A DNA stretch of 61,394 nt from Candidatus Levyibacteriota bacterium (GCA_016217835.1 JACRFQ010000008.1:1-61394), one strand, 5' to 3'; shown: positions 27,245 to 36,075, numbered from the stretch's first letter. Numbers and translations: made by a program. Notes: generated by a model from the letters alone, not told the origin.

Positions 27245-27643
27245 ATGATTAAATGGAATCTGGTTTTGCAATTTATCGGAACAATTTTTGTACCCCTACT
27301 TTATCTAGAAAATATCTTAATCGCATTTAGTAATCCTAATTCCTTCAATATAACTCCGTCTTTAATTATATTGGGATTGATTTTAGCCCTTTTAGGCTTA
27401 ATTCTATGGGTTTTAAGCTATATAAATTTAGGCAGAAGTTTTGGAGTTTTACCTCAAAAACAAAAAAGAGTTAAAAAAGGCGTTTATAAATATCTTAATC
27501 ACCCGATGTATATTGGAATCTGGCTAACTTTTTTGGGATTAAGTCTTGCAAATGCTTCGTGGCAAGCCTTAGTCTTTTTAAATCTGGTAACTACTCCCCT
27601 GCTTTTTATAAGAGCAACGTTGGAAGAAAAACAATTAGAATAA
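27245..27643 (+). CDS. isoprenylcysteine carboxyl / phospholipid methyltransferase-family membrane protein
   Basis: GVYKYLNHPMYIG motif, 4 TM segments. Confidence 0.6.
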   Translation: MIKWNLVLQFIGTIFVPLLYLENILIAFSNPNSFNITPSLIILGLILALLGLILWVLSYINLGRSFGVLPQKQKRVKKGVYKYLNHPMYIGIWLTFLGLSLANASWQALVFLNLVTTPLLFIRATLEEKQLE

Positions 27644-27649
27644 AATAAA

Positions 27650-27745
27650 ACCTAATTTTCAATTTCTAATTTCTAATTTTCAGTGAATTTTCAATGTCTC
27701 AATGAGTCATTTATTGTAAATTGAAAACTGAAAATTAGAAATTGC
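27650..27745. repeat. AT-rich long-hairpin repeat (family with the CATTGAGACATTGAAAAT core)
   Basis: Reverse complement is near-identical over ~50 nt to 37513-37575. The arms ttctaatttctaattttcagt / actgaaaattagaaatt pair. Confidence 0.75.
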
Positions 27746-27749
27746 GAGC

Positions 27750-27974
27750 CTAGGCTACGCTAACTATTTGAGGCTCTTCCTGAATAAAAACATTAGACTT
27801 TCTTAAAGTTCTTTGACACTTTGTGCAAAGCTTAACTTTTTTATTAAGTCTTCCAATCGTAATTCTTGCCACATGCAAGTTTGGCTTAAATATTTTTCTT
27901 GTCCTATTTTTTGCATGAGAAACGTTGTGTCCGTACATAACGCCTTTTCCGCAATTAAAACATTGTGCTGCCAT
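27750..27974 (-). CDS. rpmB: 50S ribosomal protein L28
   Basis: MAAQCFNCGKGVMYGHNVSHAKNRTRKIFKPNLH. Confidence 0.9.
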   Translation of the reverse strand: MAAQCFNCGKGVMYGHNVSHAKNRTRKIFKPNLHVARITIGRLNKKVKLCTKCQRTLRKSNVFIQEEPQIVSVA

Positions 27975-28011
27975 AGAGAATCTAGTATACTAAAAAAAGC
28001 ATAAAATTACA

Positions 28012-28653
28012 ATGGATTTAGTAACAGGATTCATTTCTTTAATAATTTTGGTCTATTCCGCAATATTACACGAGATTGCTCATGGATTCGTTGCAGAACG
28101 CTTAGGCGACCCCACAGCAAGGCTTATGGGCAGGCTTACACTTAACCCCAAAAACCACATTGATCCCTTTATGAGCATAGCTTTACCTTTGATTTTGATA
28201 CTTTCCGGTTCACCTGTTATTTTTGGCGCTGCTAAGCCCGTACCCGTTGATCCATTTAACTTGCGTGATGGAAGAAAAGATATGGCGTTAGTTTCTTTAG
28301 CAGGTCCTACTACCAACATCCTAATTGCGGCAATCGGGGCATTAGCAATACGCGGATTATTTTTAATTCCTATTGATCCTAATACCGGTATTTTTATTTA
28401 TAAGATTCTTTTTATAATCGTTCATCTTAATATCTTACTTGCAATTTTTAACCTTATTCCCATTCCCCCGCTTGACGGATCTAAAATTTTTGCTTTGGTT
28501 TTGCCTGAAAAAGAAGCCAATACCTATCTTGCGCTTGGCAGCATTGGTATATTTATTTTATTTTTTCTTTTGATGTTTCCAATCGGCGGATTTTCTCTGG
28601 GAGGTTTTATCTTTAATCTTTTAACTTTTTCCGAAAAACTCCTGGGATTATAA
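28012..28653 (+). CDS. site-2 protease (M50) family metalloprotease
   Basis: HEIAHG (HExxH) and NLIPIPPLDGSKI motifs; polytopic. Confidence 0.8.
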   Translation: MDLVTGFISLIILVYSAILHEIAHGFVAERLGDPTARLMGRLTLNPKNHIDPFMSIALPLILILSGSPVIFGAAKPVPVDPFNLRDGRKDMALVSLAGPTTNILIAAIGALAIRGLFLIPIDPNTGIFIYKILFIIVHLNILLAIFNLIPIPPLDGSKIFALVLPEKEANTYLALGSIGIFILFFLLMFPIGGFSLGGFIFNLLTFSEKLLGL

Positions 28654-28680
28654 ATTGTAAGAGTAGGGCAATTTTTAAAG

Positions 28681-28932
28681 CTAACTAAGGGAATTTTTGA
28701 GCATACGGTGAAGTCTTTTCCATCCCGCTGTAGTTTTGAAATATTGTTCAGATTCAATTGCATCTTTTTTGTTTTTAAATCCCGAATAATATATTAATTC
28801 ATAGGGTATGTTTGGTTTCGTAGCTTTGTTTTCGCCTTTATTATGAGATTGGAATCTTGATTTTAAATCTGGCGTAGAACCTAAGTACAATTTTTGATTT
28901 TTCAGACTACGAAGAATATAGAAGTAATACAC
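28681..28932 (-). CDS. GIY-YIG nuclease-domain protein
   Basis: YYFYILRS...KLYLGSTPDLKSRFQSHN...Y..E (GIY-YIG/URI) in 83 aa. Confidence 0.75.
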   Translation of the reverse strand: MYYFYILRSLKNQKLYLGSTPDLKSRFQSHNKGENKATKPNIPYELIYYSGFKNKKDAIESEQYFKTTAGWKRLHRMLKNSLS

Positions 28933-29038
28933 ATAATTAGTTTACAACAATCACGAGTGGAACGGGGTGGTTTGTTGCAAGCTACAGTTCATGCTCGCTA
29001 CGTTCACGAGTATTGCGAGCTGAACGTAGCAGGGATGC

Positions 29039-29109
29039 CAAGATTCGAACTTGGAAAAGCGGTTTTGGAGACCGCCGTGATACCATTTCACCACATCCCT
29101 ATAGCAATA
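29039..29109 (-). tRNA. tRNA-Trp (anticodon CCA)
   Basis: Acceptor AGGGATG/CATCCCT, D arm GTGA/TCAC, anticodon stem GCGGT/ACCGC with loop CTCCAAA, T arm CCAAG-TTCGAAT-CTTGG. Confidence 0.9.
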
Positions 29110-29204
29110 TTATACTTGGAATGAATAAAGCAATCAATCGTGAAGACAAAAGAGGTTATTATTTAAGTTTTTCGTTTTCTTTGTGGTCGGTCCCACAAAT
29201 CTTG

Positions 29205-29243
29205 CTTCAAGTCTTTTCAGTACTATCCGTACACGACTTGAAG
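29205..29243. repeat. R-family repeat, truncated copy R5
   Basis: CTTCAAGTC-TTTTCAGTACTATCCGTACAC-GACTTGAAG. Confidence 0.6.
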
Positions 29244-29265
29244 AGCGATAAAGAGGGACGTCGCG

Positions 29266-29442
29266 CTATTTTAACTTCTCTGATTCGCGGTGCTCCGTAA
29301 TTTTTCTACAATGTTTGCAATATTTTTTTAAAAGTAGTTTTTCAACTGTATTTATTTTGTTTCTTTGCGTAACATAATTCCTGTTTTTACAAACAGTACA
29401 AACTAAACCTAATGTTGCCCTATGTTCTCCTTTTTTTGCCAT
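29266..29442 (-). CDS. rpmG: 50S ribosomal protein L33 (58 aa)
   Basis: Below the ORF-track cutoff. Manual translation: MAKKGEHRATLGLVCTVCKNRNYVTQRNKINTVEKLLLKKYCKHCRKITEHRESEKLK (CxxC...CxxC L33 signature). Confidence 0.85.
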   Translation of the reverse strand: MAKKGEHRATLGLVCTVCKNRNYVTQRNKINTVEKLLLKKYCKHCRKITEHRESEKLK

Positions 29443-29489
29443 AGTTGGTATTTTAACAGACTTTAACTAAATTTTGAATAGCTAATATG

Positions 29490-29561
29490 AGCCGGCTGTG
29501 GGAATCGAACCCACGATCTAGTCATTACCAATGACTTGCTCTACCACTGAGCCAAGCCGGC
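29490..29561 (-). tRNA. tRNA-Thr (anticodon GGU)
   Basis: GCCGGCT acceptor, GCTCAGTGGTAGAGC D arm, anticodon loop TTGGTAA, T arm GTGGG-TTCGATT-CCCAC. Confidence 0.9.
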
Positions 29562-29624
29562 ATATAGCTATTAGTCTTTTGTCTTTAGCTAATAGCCAAT
29601 GACTAAAAGCCGATAGCTAATTTG

Positions 29625-29708
29625 TGCTGGGTGAGGGACTCGAACCCCCGCAGACCTTACGGTCATCTGGTCTACAGCCAGAGGCGATTGCCGCTACGCG
29701 AACCCAGC
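29625..29708 (-). tRNA. tRNA-Tyr (anticodon GUA), long variable arm
   Basis: Acceptor GCTGGGT/ACCCAGC, anticodon stem TCTGG/CCAGA with loop CTGTAGA, variable arm GACCGTAAGGTC. Confidence 0.9.
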
Positions 29709-29727
29709 TTATTGAATTCGGTTTTTG

Positions 29728-29799
29728 AGCCGACTCTCGGATTCGAACCGAGGACCTTCACTTTACAAAAGTGTTGCTCTACCACTGAGCTAAGTCGGC
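29728..29799 (-). tRNA. tRNA-Thr (anticodon UGU)
   Basis: Acceptor GCCGACT/AGTCGGC, anticodon loop TTTGTAA, T arm CTCGG-TTCGAAT-CCGAG. Confidence 0.9.
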
Positions 29800-30244
29800 A
29801 TAAACCTATAGCTAAAGTGATTTTATCAAATATCAAGTACGAAGAACAAGCCCTATGAGCTGAAGAACAATAATTTTAAATAAATCCCGCACCTTTCAAA
29901 AATATCTCCCAAAACAAAATAAACACCAGTTAGATAAATAATTCTTTTTGTAAAATATAACTTTTACAAAAAGGTGCTGGATAAATTCGTCCTTGGTACT
30001 GAGTAAAGTTGATGTTTCCCCTAAACTTAAATTAGGTGAGCTAAATCTGCGATCCAAAGATGCACGATATATTGCTCTGTCCTCCGATGAACATCGGAGT
30101 ACCTCAAGCTTAGTGATTTGTAGAGGAAAATCTTACCAACCCTCTCTTATACCAAAGAACAACTAAAGTATAGCAAATAAGAAAGCTTTGTCAACTTGAC
30201 AACAGGGTTTATAATACAAAATATACATGCTATAATCTCCACTT

Positions 30245-30610
30245 ATGGTTGAAGGAGAAATTACAAGAACTTGTGCTGCATGCCCAGTAAGAGAAGCATG
30301 CCCCCCACAAGGAAAAAAAATCAGTCTCATGGATGATATTGAAAAAAGCGCATTAACACCTGCAGAAAGAAGTCATAGACTTTCACTATTAAGACAAGAT
30401 ATGCGTACACGCAGATGCCCCCCTGGTGAAGTGACCCGATTGATTAAACCGCTTGAACAATTAATTCACCCAACCAGAAACCCTGATTTTAATACCAGGA
30501 TTGCTCCTTCAGCAACACCGGATACGGGCTATGTAGCAGATAGAGTCGCTGCTAACCATGAATTACTTTCCAGAGTAAGAGGCTTAAAAGGAAGAAGACC
30601 CAACCGTTAA
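30245..30610 (+). CDS. hypothetical protein, GC-rich, Arg/Pro/Cys-containing
   Basis: 121-aa ORF preceded by the TTGTCAA-C-TTGACAA palindrome and TATAAT boxes; no recognised motif. Confidence 0.45.
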   Translation: MVEGEITRTCAACPVREACPPQGKKISLMDDIEKSALTPAERSHRLSLLRQDMRTRRCPPGEVTRLIKPLEQLIHPTRNPDFNTRIAPSATPDTGYVADRVAANHELLSRVRGLKGRRPNR

Positions 30611-31227
30611 AGCAAAAATAAAGTTGAAAATAATCCCATTGCCGCTCCTAAAATTCCTCCACCAATAACATCGGAAAACCAATGCTCACCTAAATAAATT
30701 CTTGAAATAAACATAAAAAAATCAAAAGTCAAAATGCAAAATGCAAAAGTTAGTTTTAAATGCTTAATTATCTTGGGATTTTTCCAAATTAACATTACAA
30801 AAATAATGGATAGAAACAATGTTCTTCCCATGTGTCCCGACGGAAATGAAGAACCGGTGTTTACTTCGGATGTTGGAAAAGAAAATGGAATGCTGTAACG
30901 AAAAAACCGCAAAGGAGGATTTGGATGATGAACCAAAAACTTTCCTAAGATCTCTGCAACATGAAAAAGTCCAAAAGAAATAAGAACATAAATATATTTC
31001 GATTTCTTTATTTTAGCCCATAAAATAAGTAAGATTACTGATACAATTTCTAAGCTTCCCAACAAACTAAATAATGAAAATGGTATGTCTAAAAATCTTG
31101 GAACAATCTGTTGTAAAAATTTAGTAGTTTGAATATCTATGTTGTTAAAAAGATTAAGACCGACTAAAAACGTAAAAAATAAAAATCCAAAAAATAAAAT
31201 TGCAGCAAAAAATAACTTTTTTTTCAT
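30607..31227 (-). CDS. PAP2-family phosphatase (undecaprenyl-diphosphate/phosphatidate phosphatase-like)
   Basis: SFPSGH and SRIYLGEHWFSDV motifs. Start set at MKKKLFF. Confidence 0.8.
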   Translation of the reverse strand: MKKKLFFAAILFFGFLFFTFLVGLNLFNNIDIQTTKFLQQIVPRFLDIPFSLFSLLGSLEIVSVILLILWAKIKKSKYIYVLISFGLFHVAEILGKFLVHHPNPPLRFFRYSIPFSFPTSEVNTGSSFPSGHMGRTLFLSIIFVMLIWKNPKIIKHLKLTFAFCILTFDFFMFISRIYLGEHWFSDVIGGGILGAAMGLFSTLFLL

Positions 31228-31313
31228 TATTATATTGTTACATTGTTTAAAACATAAATCAAATAAACAAAAGCACATTCAGCAATTCAGCAATTTAACA
31301 ATTTACCCAGTGG

Positions 31314-32198
31314 CTATTTGAGGTCTAATTCGCTAAGAAATTTTTTAAATTCGTCCTTAATATCATCGTGCTCTAAAGCAAGCTCTACGACTGTTTTCAT
31401 ATATTCAATTTTATTCCCAGTGTCATAATATTTACTATCCTGAATCTCAACAGCATAGATTGGTACCCCCTGCTCCCTTAAAACATTAATCGCATCAACA
31501 AGCCATATTTCCCCACCCTTACCGGGATTTAAATTTCTTAAAGCCTCAAAAATTTCCGGCGGCAAAATATATGCTCCATGAGTTGCTAAATTAGACGGAG
31601 CTTCATCCGGCGTTGGTTTTTCTACAATAGAATTAATTTTATAAACATTTCCCTCAACAAGTGTTACATCTGCGATTCCGTACCTAACCAAATCTTCCTT
31701 CTTATTTATCCTAACACCACTAATAACAACTCCTCCGTATTTTTCATAAACATCAATCATTTGTTTTAATCTTGGCGGTTTTGCATAAATAAATTCATCT
31801 CCCCAAAGCACCGCAAACGGTTCATCTTCAATTGCAGGCTCTGCCGACAAAATAGGCGTTCCGTTACCATATGCGCCTTTTTGCCTGATATAAATAAAAT
31901 TTGCCATGTCAGAGATTTTTTTAACACTCTCCATTAATTCGTGCTTTCCGCCCTGTTCTAAATTCTTAATTAATTCCGCATTGGGAGTATCAAAATGATC
32001 TTCAATTGCCCGCTTGGCAGATCCTGTGACTATAATAATATCTTTGATTCCCGAATCTACTGCTTCTTCAACAACGTACTGAATAACGGGTTTATCGACA
32101 ATTGGGAGCATTTCTTTAGGCATTGCTTTTGTCTGGGGTAAAAATCTTGTACCAAACCCCGCTGCCGGTATTACCACCTTGCGTATTTTTTTGTTCAT
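31314..32198 (-). CDS. galU: UTP--glucose-1-phosphate uridylyltransferase
   Basis: KVVIPAAGFGTRFLPQTKAMPKEMLPIVDKPVIQYVVEEA. Confidence 0.9.
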   Translation of the reverse strand: MNKKIRKVVIPAAGFGTRFLPQTKAMPKEMLPIVDKPVIQYVVEEAVDSGIKDIIIVTGSAKRAIEDHFDTPNAELIKNLEQGGKHELMESVKKISDMANFIYIRQKGAYGNGTPILSAEPAIEDEPFAVLWGDEFIYAKPPRLKQMIDVYEKYGGVVISGVRINKKEDLVRYGIADVTLVEGNVYKINSIVEKPTPDEAPSNLATHGAYILPPEIFEALRNLNPGKGGEIWLVDAINVLREQGVPIYAVEIQDSKYYDTGNKIEYMKTVVELALEHDDIKDEFKKFLSELDLK

Positions 32199-32210
32199 AA
32201 ACCTTTTATG

Positions 32211-32239
32211 ATTGTAGAACCTGTAATCACCCCTGTCAA
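32211..32239 (-). promoter_or_regulatory. sigma70-type promoter for galU
   Basis: Minus strand reads TTGACA-17 nt-TACAAT, only 12 nt before the ATG. Confidence 0.45.
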
Positions 32240-32342
32240 CCCAGTCAAATAAAGCAAAGCTTTGGCAAAGCCATTTGACGGAGTCAACCCTATTAAATTC
32301 AGCCTTGCCGCGCCGATTTTCGGTATTTAACAGGTTCCAACC

Positions 32343-32370
32343 ACTGTATCATACACTAACCTATGATACA
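32343..32370. promoter_or_regulatory. 28-nt palindromic motif (copy downstream of the TrpR-like gene, upstream of galU)
   Basis: ACTGTATCATACACTAACCTATGATACA, identical to 32786-32813. Confidence 0.6.
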
Positions 32371-32379
32371 TTGAGTGAA

Positions 32380-32784
32380 TTAGAATATTTCTGGTTTTAC
32401 GTATCCACCAGCGGCTCGAATTGAATATCCGGCCAATTTAGATAAAAAGGATCGTAGCTCTTTCATAAGTCTTTCGTTATTTAAAACTCTTATGACTACT
32501 TCATACCCTTCACCTCTTGCTTCTAGAAAATAACGCATTTTCGATACTGTTACTCGGGTTACATGAAGCGCTGAGGCAATTTTGGAATCGGGTAAATTCT
32601 CCTTAATAAGAACTATAATTGCTATTCTTTTTGCCAGCATGAGTCTTTCTGTAGGCGTAAGAAGAGATGTAATAAATGAATCCATATCCTCATATTTGTT
32701 AACTTTTGTGAGAATAAGTTTTAAATTATAAACCAGTTTTTCTTCTATTTTCTTGTCAAGTTTTATTTTTGAAACCTGCGGCAT
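32380..32784 (-). CDS. TrpR/YerC-like helix-turn-helix regulator
   Basis: LLTPTERLMLAKRIAIIVLI...SKIASALHVTRVTVSKM. Start set at MPQVSKIKL. Confidence 0.7.
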   Translation of the reverse strand: MPQVSKIKLDKKIEEKLVYNLKLILTKVNKYEDMDSFITSLLTPTERLMLAKRIAIIVLIKENLPDSKIASALHVTRVTVSKMRYFLEARGEGYEVVIRVLNNERLMKELRSFLSKLAGYSIRAAGGYVKPEIF

Positions 32785-32785
32785 T

Positions 32786-32817
32786 ACTGTATCATACACT
32801 AACCTATGATACAGTAT
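32786..32817. promoter_or_regulatory. palindromic motif abutting the TrpR-like start codon
   Basis: TACTGTATCATA-cactaacc-TATGATACAGTA, 12-bp arms, ending 2 nt from the ATG. Confidence 0.6.
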
Positions 32818-32959
32818 CAAGAATGTAAAATATTTAAAAACTTTTAACAACACTCAACTACTTTTCAAAATTCATTTTTAAACAACCTGTGGATTTAAAA
32901 CATTTAAAAAATTCTCTGAACATTTGACTTTTGATACGTAACTTGATTAACTTAAGTTA

Positions 32960-33628
32960 ATGCCTAATCAAGAATTAATTTCTTACATAAAGAATGCCCT
33001 TGCCCAAGGCTCTACAAGGATTCAAATTAATACCGCTCTTTTAGAATCGGGCTGGCAACAAAACGACATAGACTTAGCTTTTGCTTCGTTAAATAACCCT
33101 GCAAATTTAATACCTCCCCAACCTTTACCGAAACATATGGCTAATTCAGATTCTGATACATCCATGTGGGATAGCTTTGAACATATTCTTCTTTTTATAA
33201 GTCTTTATGTAATGGCAACGTCAATTGGGCTTCTTCTCAATTACTTTGTAGACAGGTGGTTTTCTCCATTGGGATCAACGGGTTCATATTCTTCATATGC
33301 AAATAGCTTTAGCAGTGTACTTGTGAATGGATATCTCGCAGCCCTAATTGTTTCCATGCCTTTATTTTCAGTTTTATTTATTTTAATACAAAAAAGAACA
33401 ATATCAAATCCTGCAATAAAAAATCTCAAAGCCAGAAAACAATTAATTTATTTTACCCTGATAATAACCTTTATTATCATGCTTTTTAATGTAGTAACTA
33501 CAGTATATAGCCTGCTTAATGGAAATCTAAGTCTAAACTTTATAATGCATTTTCTTGTAAATGTCGGCATAAGCGGATTTATTTTTATTTATTACTTACT
33601 TCAAGTAATCGGAGATAAAAAAATCTAA
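32960..33628 (+). CDS. hypothetical membrane protein
   Basis: Soluble N-terminal domain (IKNALAQGSTRIQINTALLESGW) and about 4 TM segments. Confidence 0.6.
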   Translation: MPNQELISYIKNALAQGSTRIQINTALLESGWQQNDIDLAFASLNNPANLIPPQPLPKHMANSDSDTSMWDSFEHILLFISLYVMATSIGLLLNYFVDRWFSPLGSTGSYSSYANSFSSVLVNGYLAALIVSMPLFSVLFILIQKRTISNPAIKNLKARKQLIYFTLIITFIIMLFNVVTTVYSLLNGNLSLNFIMHFLVNVGISGFIFIYYLLQVIGDKKI

Positions 33629-34521
33629 TGGCTAAATATTATTTATTTATTACTTTCCTGACAGTATTTGTAATTGGCATCTTTATTATTGCCTTTGGTT
33701 TTATAGGAAATCCCCTTGAGCAAAAAGCAATAGCTTTAGATAAAGAACGCTTAAACGCATTTACTACCATTCAAACAGAAATTTTATCTTATTCTTATAC
33801 TAAAGGTCTTCCGCAAAACCTTTCACAAGTACTATACCTTAATCCTACTGATAGCGATCTTAAAGACCCGGAAACTCAAAAGCTATATGTCTATAAAGTC
33901 ATATCAAATAACAGCTATCAACTCTGTACAACTTTTTCAACAGACAGTTCCAAACAAGATAGATATACTAAAGAAGCATTAATTAAGGCAAATAACAGTT
34001 ATAAAAAAGGGTACAATTGTTTAAAATATCAGATTACTACTCCGCAAGCGAATAATTCCTATCCTACTCGTACTCCTACTCCCTCCTCCACCACGTTTGA
34101 ATACTATGACGCAAATCTTAAAAATACTGCCGTAGAATTCCTGAGTGCCAACATAAGATATTACGCAACTCATAACGCATTTCCATGGAACTCCGTAAGC
34201 AAGGGCGGAGCCGGTTGTAATAGCGGAGCATTACCAAGCGGATTAGCAATCAGCAGCAATCAGTTTAGTACCTGCCTACAAGTATTAATTAATGATCAAG
34301 AACTAAAACCCTCATTTAACCAAACAACTTATACAAGTCAGGTCTATATTACTGCCACCAATCAAAATACTGTTTTTGCTTGTTTTAGACCACAATCTCA
34401 AAATCAAAGAAAAGATTCAAACACAAAATTTAACATTAATGGAACTCTTATTACTAATCCCCAATCAATGTGTGAAGGCTGGGGCGGCTCTACCCCATGT
34501 TACTGGTGCGCACAATTGTGA
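33628..34521 (+). CDS. hypothetical secreted/anchored protein; stop codon supplied by the IS
   Basis: N-terminal TM segment, Cys-containing C-terminal domain. The last codon and the TGA lie in the IS left end. Confidence 0.6.
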   Translation: MAKYYLFITFLTVFVIGIFIIAFGFIGNPLEQKAIALDKERLNAFTTIQTEILSYSYTKGLPQNLSQVLYLNPTDSDLKDPETQKLYVYKVISNNSYQLCTTFSTDSSKQDRYTKEALIKANNSYKKGYNCLKYQITTPQANNSYPTRTPTPSSTTFEYYDANLKNTAVEFLSANIRYYATHNAFPWNSVSKGGAGCNSGALPSGLAISSNQFSTCLQVLINDQELKPSFNQTTYTSQVYITATNQNTVFACFRPQSQNQRKDSNTKFNINGTLITNPQSMCEGWGGSTPCYWCAQL

Positions 34522-35774
34522 TGCATCTTCTCAATTGTCTCCATTTTGCGAACTCTAAAATGTCCAAACTGAGGATTGGTTAAACCCTCAGTTTAAACTT
34601 GTAAACAACTTTTCCCATTGATTCAACTCTGACTGTTTCTCCCTTAATCCTTACCCATATTCTGCAGGTAATAAATTCGTTGGGGACTCTGTATCTTTTT
34701 CCAAACAAAGATATGGCAGAATCACGGTAAACAAGTCTTCTAACGGTAATTGTCAGAAGTTCTTGAAGTTCCTGTTTAGGCTTTCTCCTTTCCGATGGTT
34801 GATAGACTGAAGCAGGAGTTCTACCATTCCTGCCAATGCCGCTATGCTTAAATGTCTCGTTGTAGTGAATTTGCCATTTGAAAAATGCTTTGTTTAATTC
34901 CTCAAATGACTTAACTTTCATATGTTCTCTTGCAAAATCTTGCTGAACAAATCTCCAGAATTTCTCAATCTTTCCTTTAGTTTGCGCCCTGTGAGCAAAG
35001 ATCAAATCAATACCTAAGGCTTTTGCATAAAATTGAAATGTTGACTGAGCATATTCGCCGGTCTGGGTGTACCTTGCATTTGCTTTGTACTGTGACCCTT
35101 TATCTTGCAACATTTTCTTTGGCAGTCCCCAGGCAAACAAACAATGATACCAAACCCTAAAGACATTCATTTGTGTTTGGTTACTAAACCATTTCCCGCC
35201 AAGGATAAACCTTGAATGGTCATCAATAGTTGCAACTAAATATGCATCACCTAGATATGGGAAATACAGTTTTCCCTGAATATCTGATTGCCATAAGTCA
35301 TTTAGATAAGGTGCAACAAAACGGGTAATGGGTTTTAATCTCTCAATATTTTCCTGATGAAGATTGTGCTTAAGCCAAATCCTCTGTACCTGCCGGGGCT
35401 TAACAATGGTAATTCCTGTTAACTCAAGCGCTTTCCTGGCAGAACGCCATCTTCCTTTCTCTTTTATGTCTACTAAATCTTTTTCTTGTTTTGGAGAAAG
35501 TTTATGGTTATTGCTACGCCGTTTATCTTTTAATGCTACTAATCCGCCTTTCCCTACCAGATCAACATACCGGACAATTGTTCTTTTTGAACAACCAAGA
35601 GATTGTTCTGCTTCTTTTCTGCTGATTTTTCCCTTGAGTAATTTTCCAACAACATCTTGCTTAAAAGAAAGTTCTTTCTTTAACATTTTCATCACCTCTT
35701 CTCCCAAAAGATAATGAAAAGTCTAGGACAATTGAGATGCCGTTTTAAAGAGACAACTCAGAAGACGTGTAACA
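34517..35774 (-). mobile_element. IS481-family insertion sequence, 1258 bp, with an 8-bp target duplication
   Basis: 25-bp imperfect inverted repeats TGTGATGCATCTTCTCAATTGTCTC / TGTTACACGTCTTCTGAGTTGTCTC (19/25), flanked by direct CGCACAAT at 34509-34516 and 35775-35782. Confidence 0.85.
34580..35707 (-). CDS. DDE (rve/integrase-core) transposase
   Basis: N-terminal HTH, WQSDIQG...ATIDDHSRF...DKGSQY...RTPASVY. Confidence 0.85.
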   Translation of the reverse strand: MGEEVMKMLKKELSFKQDVVGKLLKGKISRKEAEQSLGCSKRTIVRYVDLVGKGGLVALKDKRRSNNHKLSPKQEKDLVDIKEKGRWRSARKALELTGITIVKPRQVQRIWLKHNLHQENIERLKPITRFVAPYLNDLWQSDIQGKLYFPYLGDAYLVATIDDHSRFILGGKWFSNQTQMNVFRVWYHCLFAWGLPKKMLQDKGSQYKANARYTQTGEYAQSTFQFYAKALGIDLIFAHRAQTKGKIEKFWRFVQQDFAREHMKVKSFEELNKAFFKWQIHYNETFKHSGIGRNGRTPASVYQPSERRKPKQELQELLTITVRRLVYRDSAISLFGKRYRVPNEFITCRIWVRIKGETVRVESMGKVVYKFKLRV

Positions 35775-35883
35775 CGCACAATAAAAATATTTAGAATTTG
35801 TTATTAACCTTCTCCTTTACATAAAAGTTTTTATCTGTTAAAATAATTGACAAATCCCAAATAATATATTGTGATTTTATTTT

Positions 35884-36075
35884 ATGGCAACAACACCTGC
35901 CAATTTTTTACGGGAAGTAAGAGACGAACTTAAAAAAGTCGTCTGGCCAACCAGGGATGAAGTTATAAGACTTACAGGAGTTGTTATAATAATAAGCGTA
36001 GGTGTCGGACTATTCTTGGGAGGAGCCGACTTTATACTTACCAAATTAATAGAATTATTAGTAATTAAACGCTAG
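35884..36075 (+). CDS. secE: preprotein translocase subunit SecE
   Basis: FLREVRDELKKVVWPTRDEV followed by a single TM segment. Confidence 0.85.
   Translation: MATTPANFLREVRDELKKVVWPTRDEVIRLTGVVIIISVGVGLFLGGADFILTKLIELLVIKR

Noticed and set aside
29013-29858. ORFs 29013-29300(+) and 29622-29858(+)
   Set aside because: They overlap tRNA-Trp, rpmG and the tRNA-Tyr/Thr genes on the opposite strand. The tRNA cloverleaves and the L33 sequence are far better supported.
29800-30244. tmRNA, SRP RNA, RNase P RNA or 6S RNA in the long spacer
   Set aside because: I looked for hallmark strings (GGAAGCAGCC-type SRP domain IV, GAGGAAAGUCC of RNase P, tRNA-like tmRNA ends) on both strands and found none. 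The region is kept only as an unassigned candidate.
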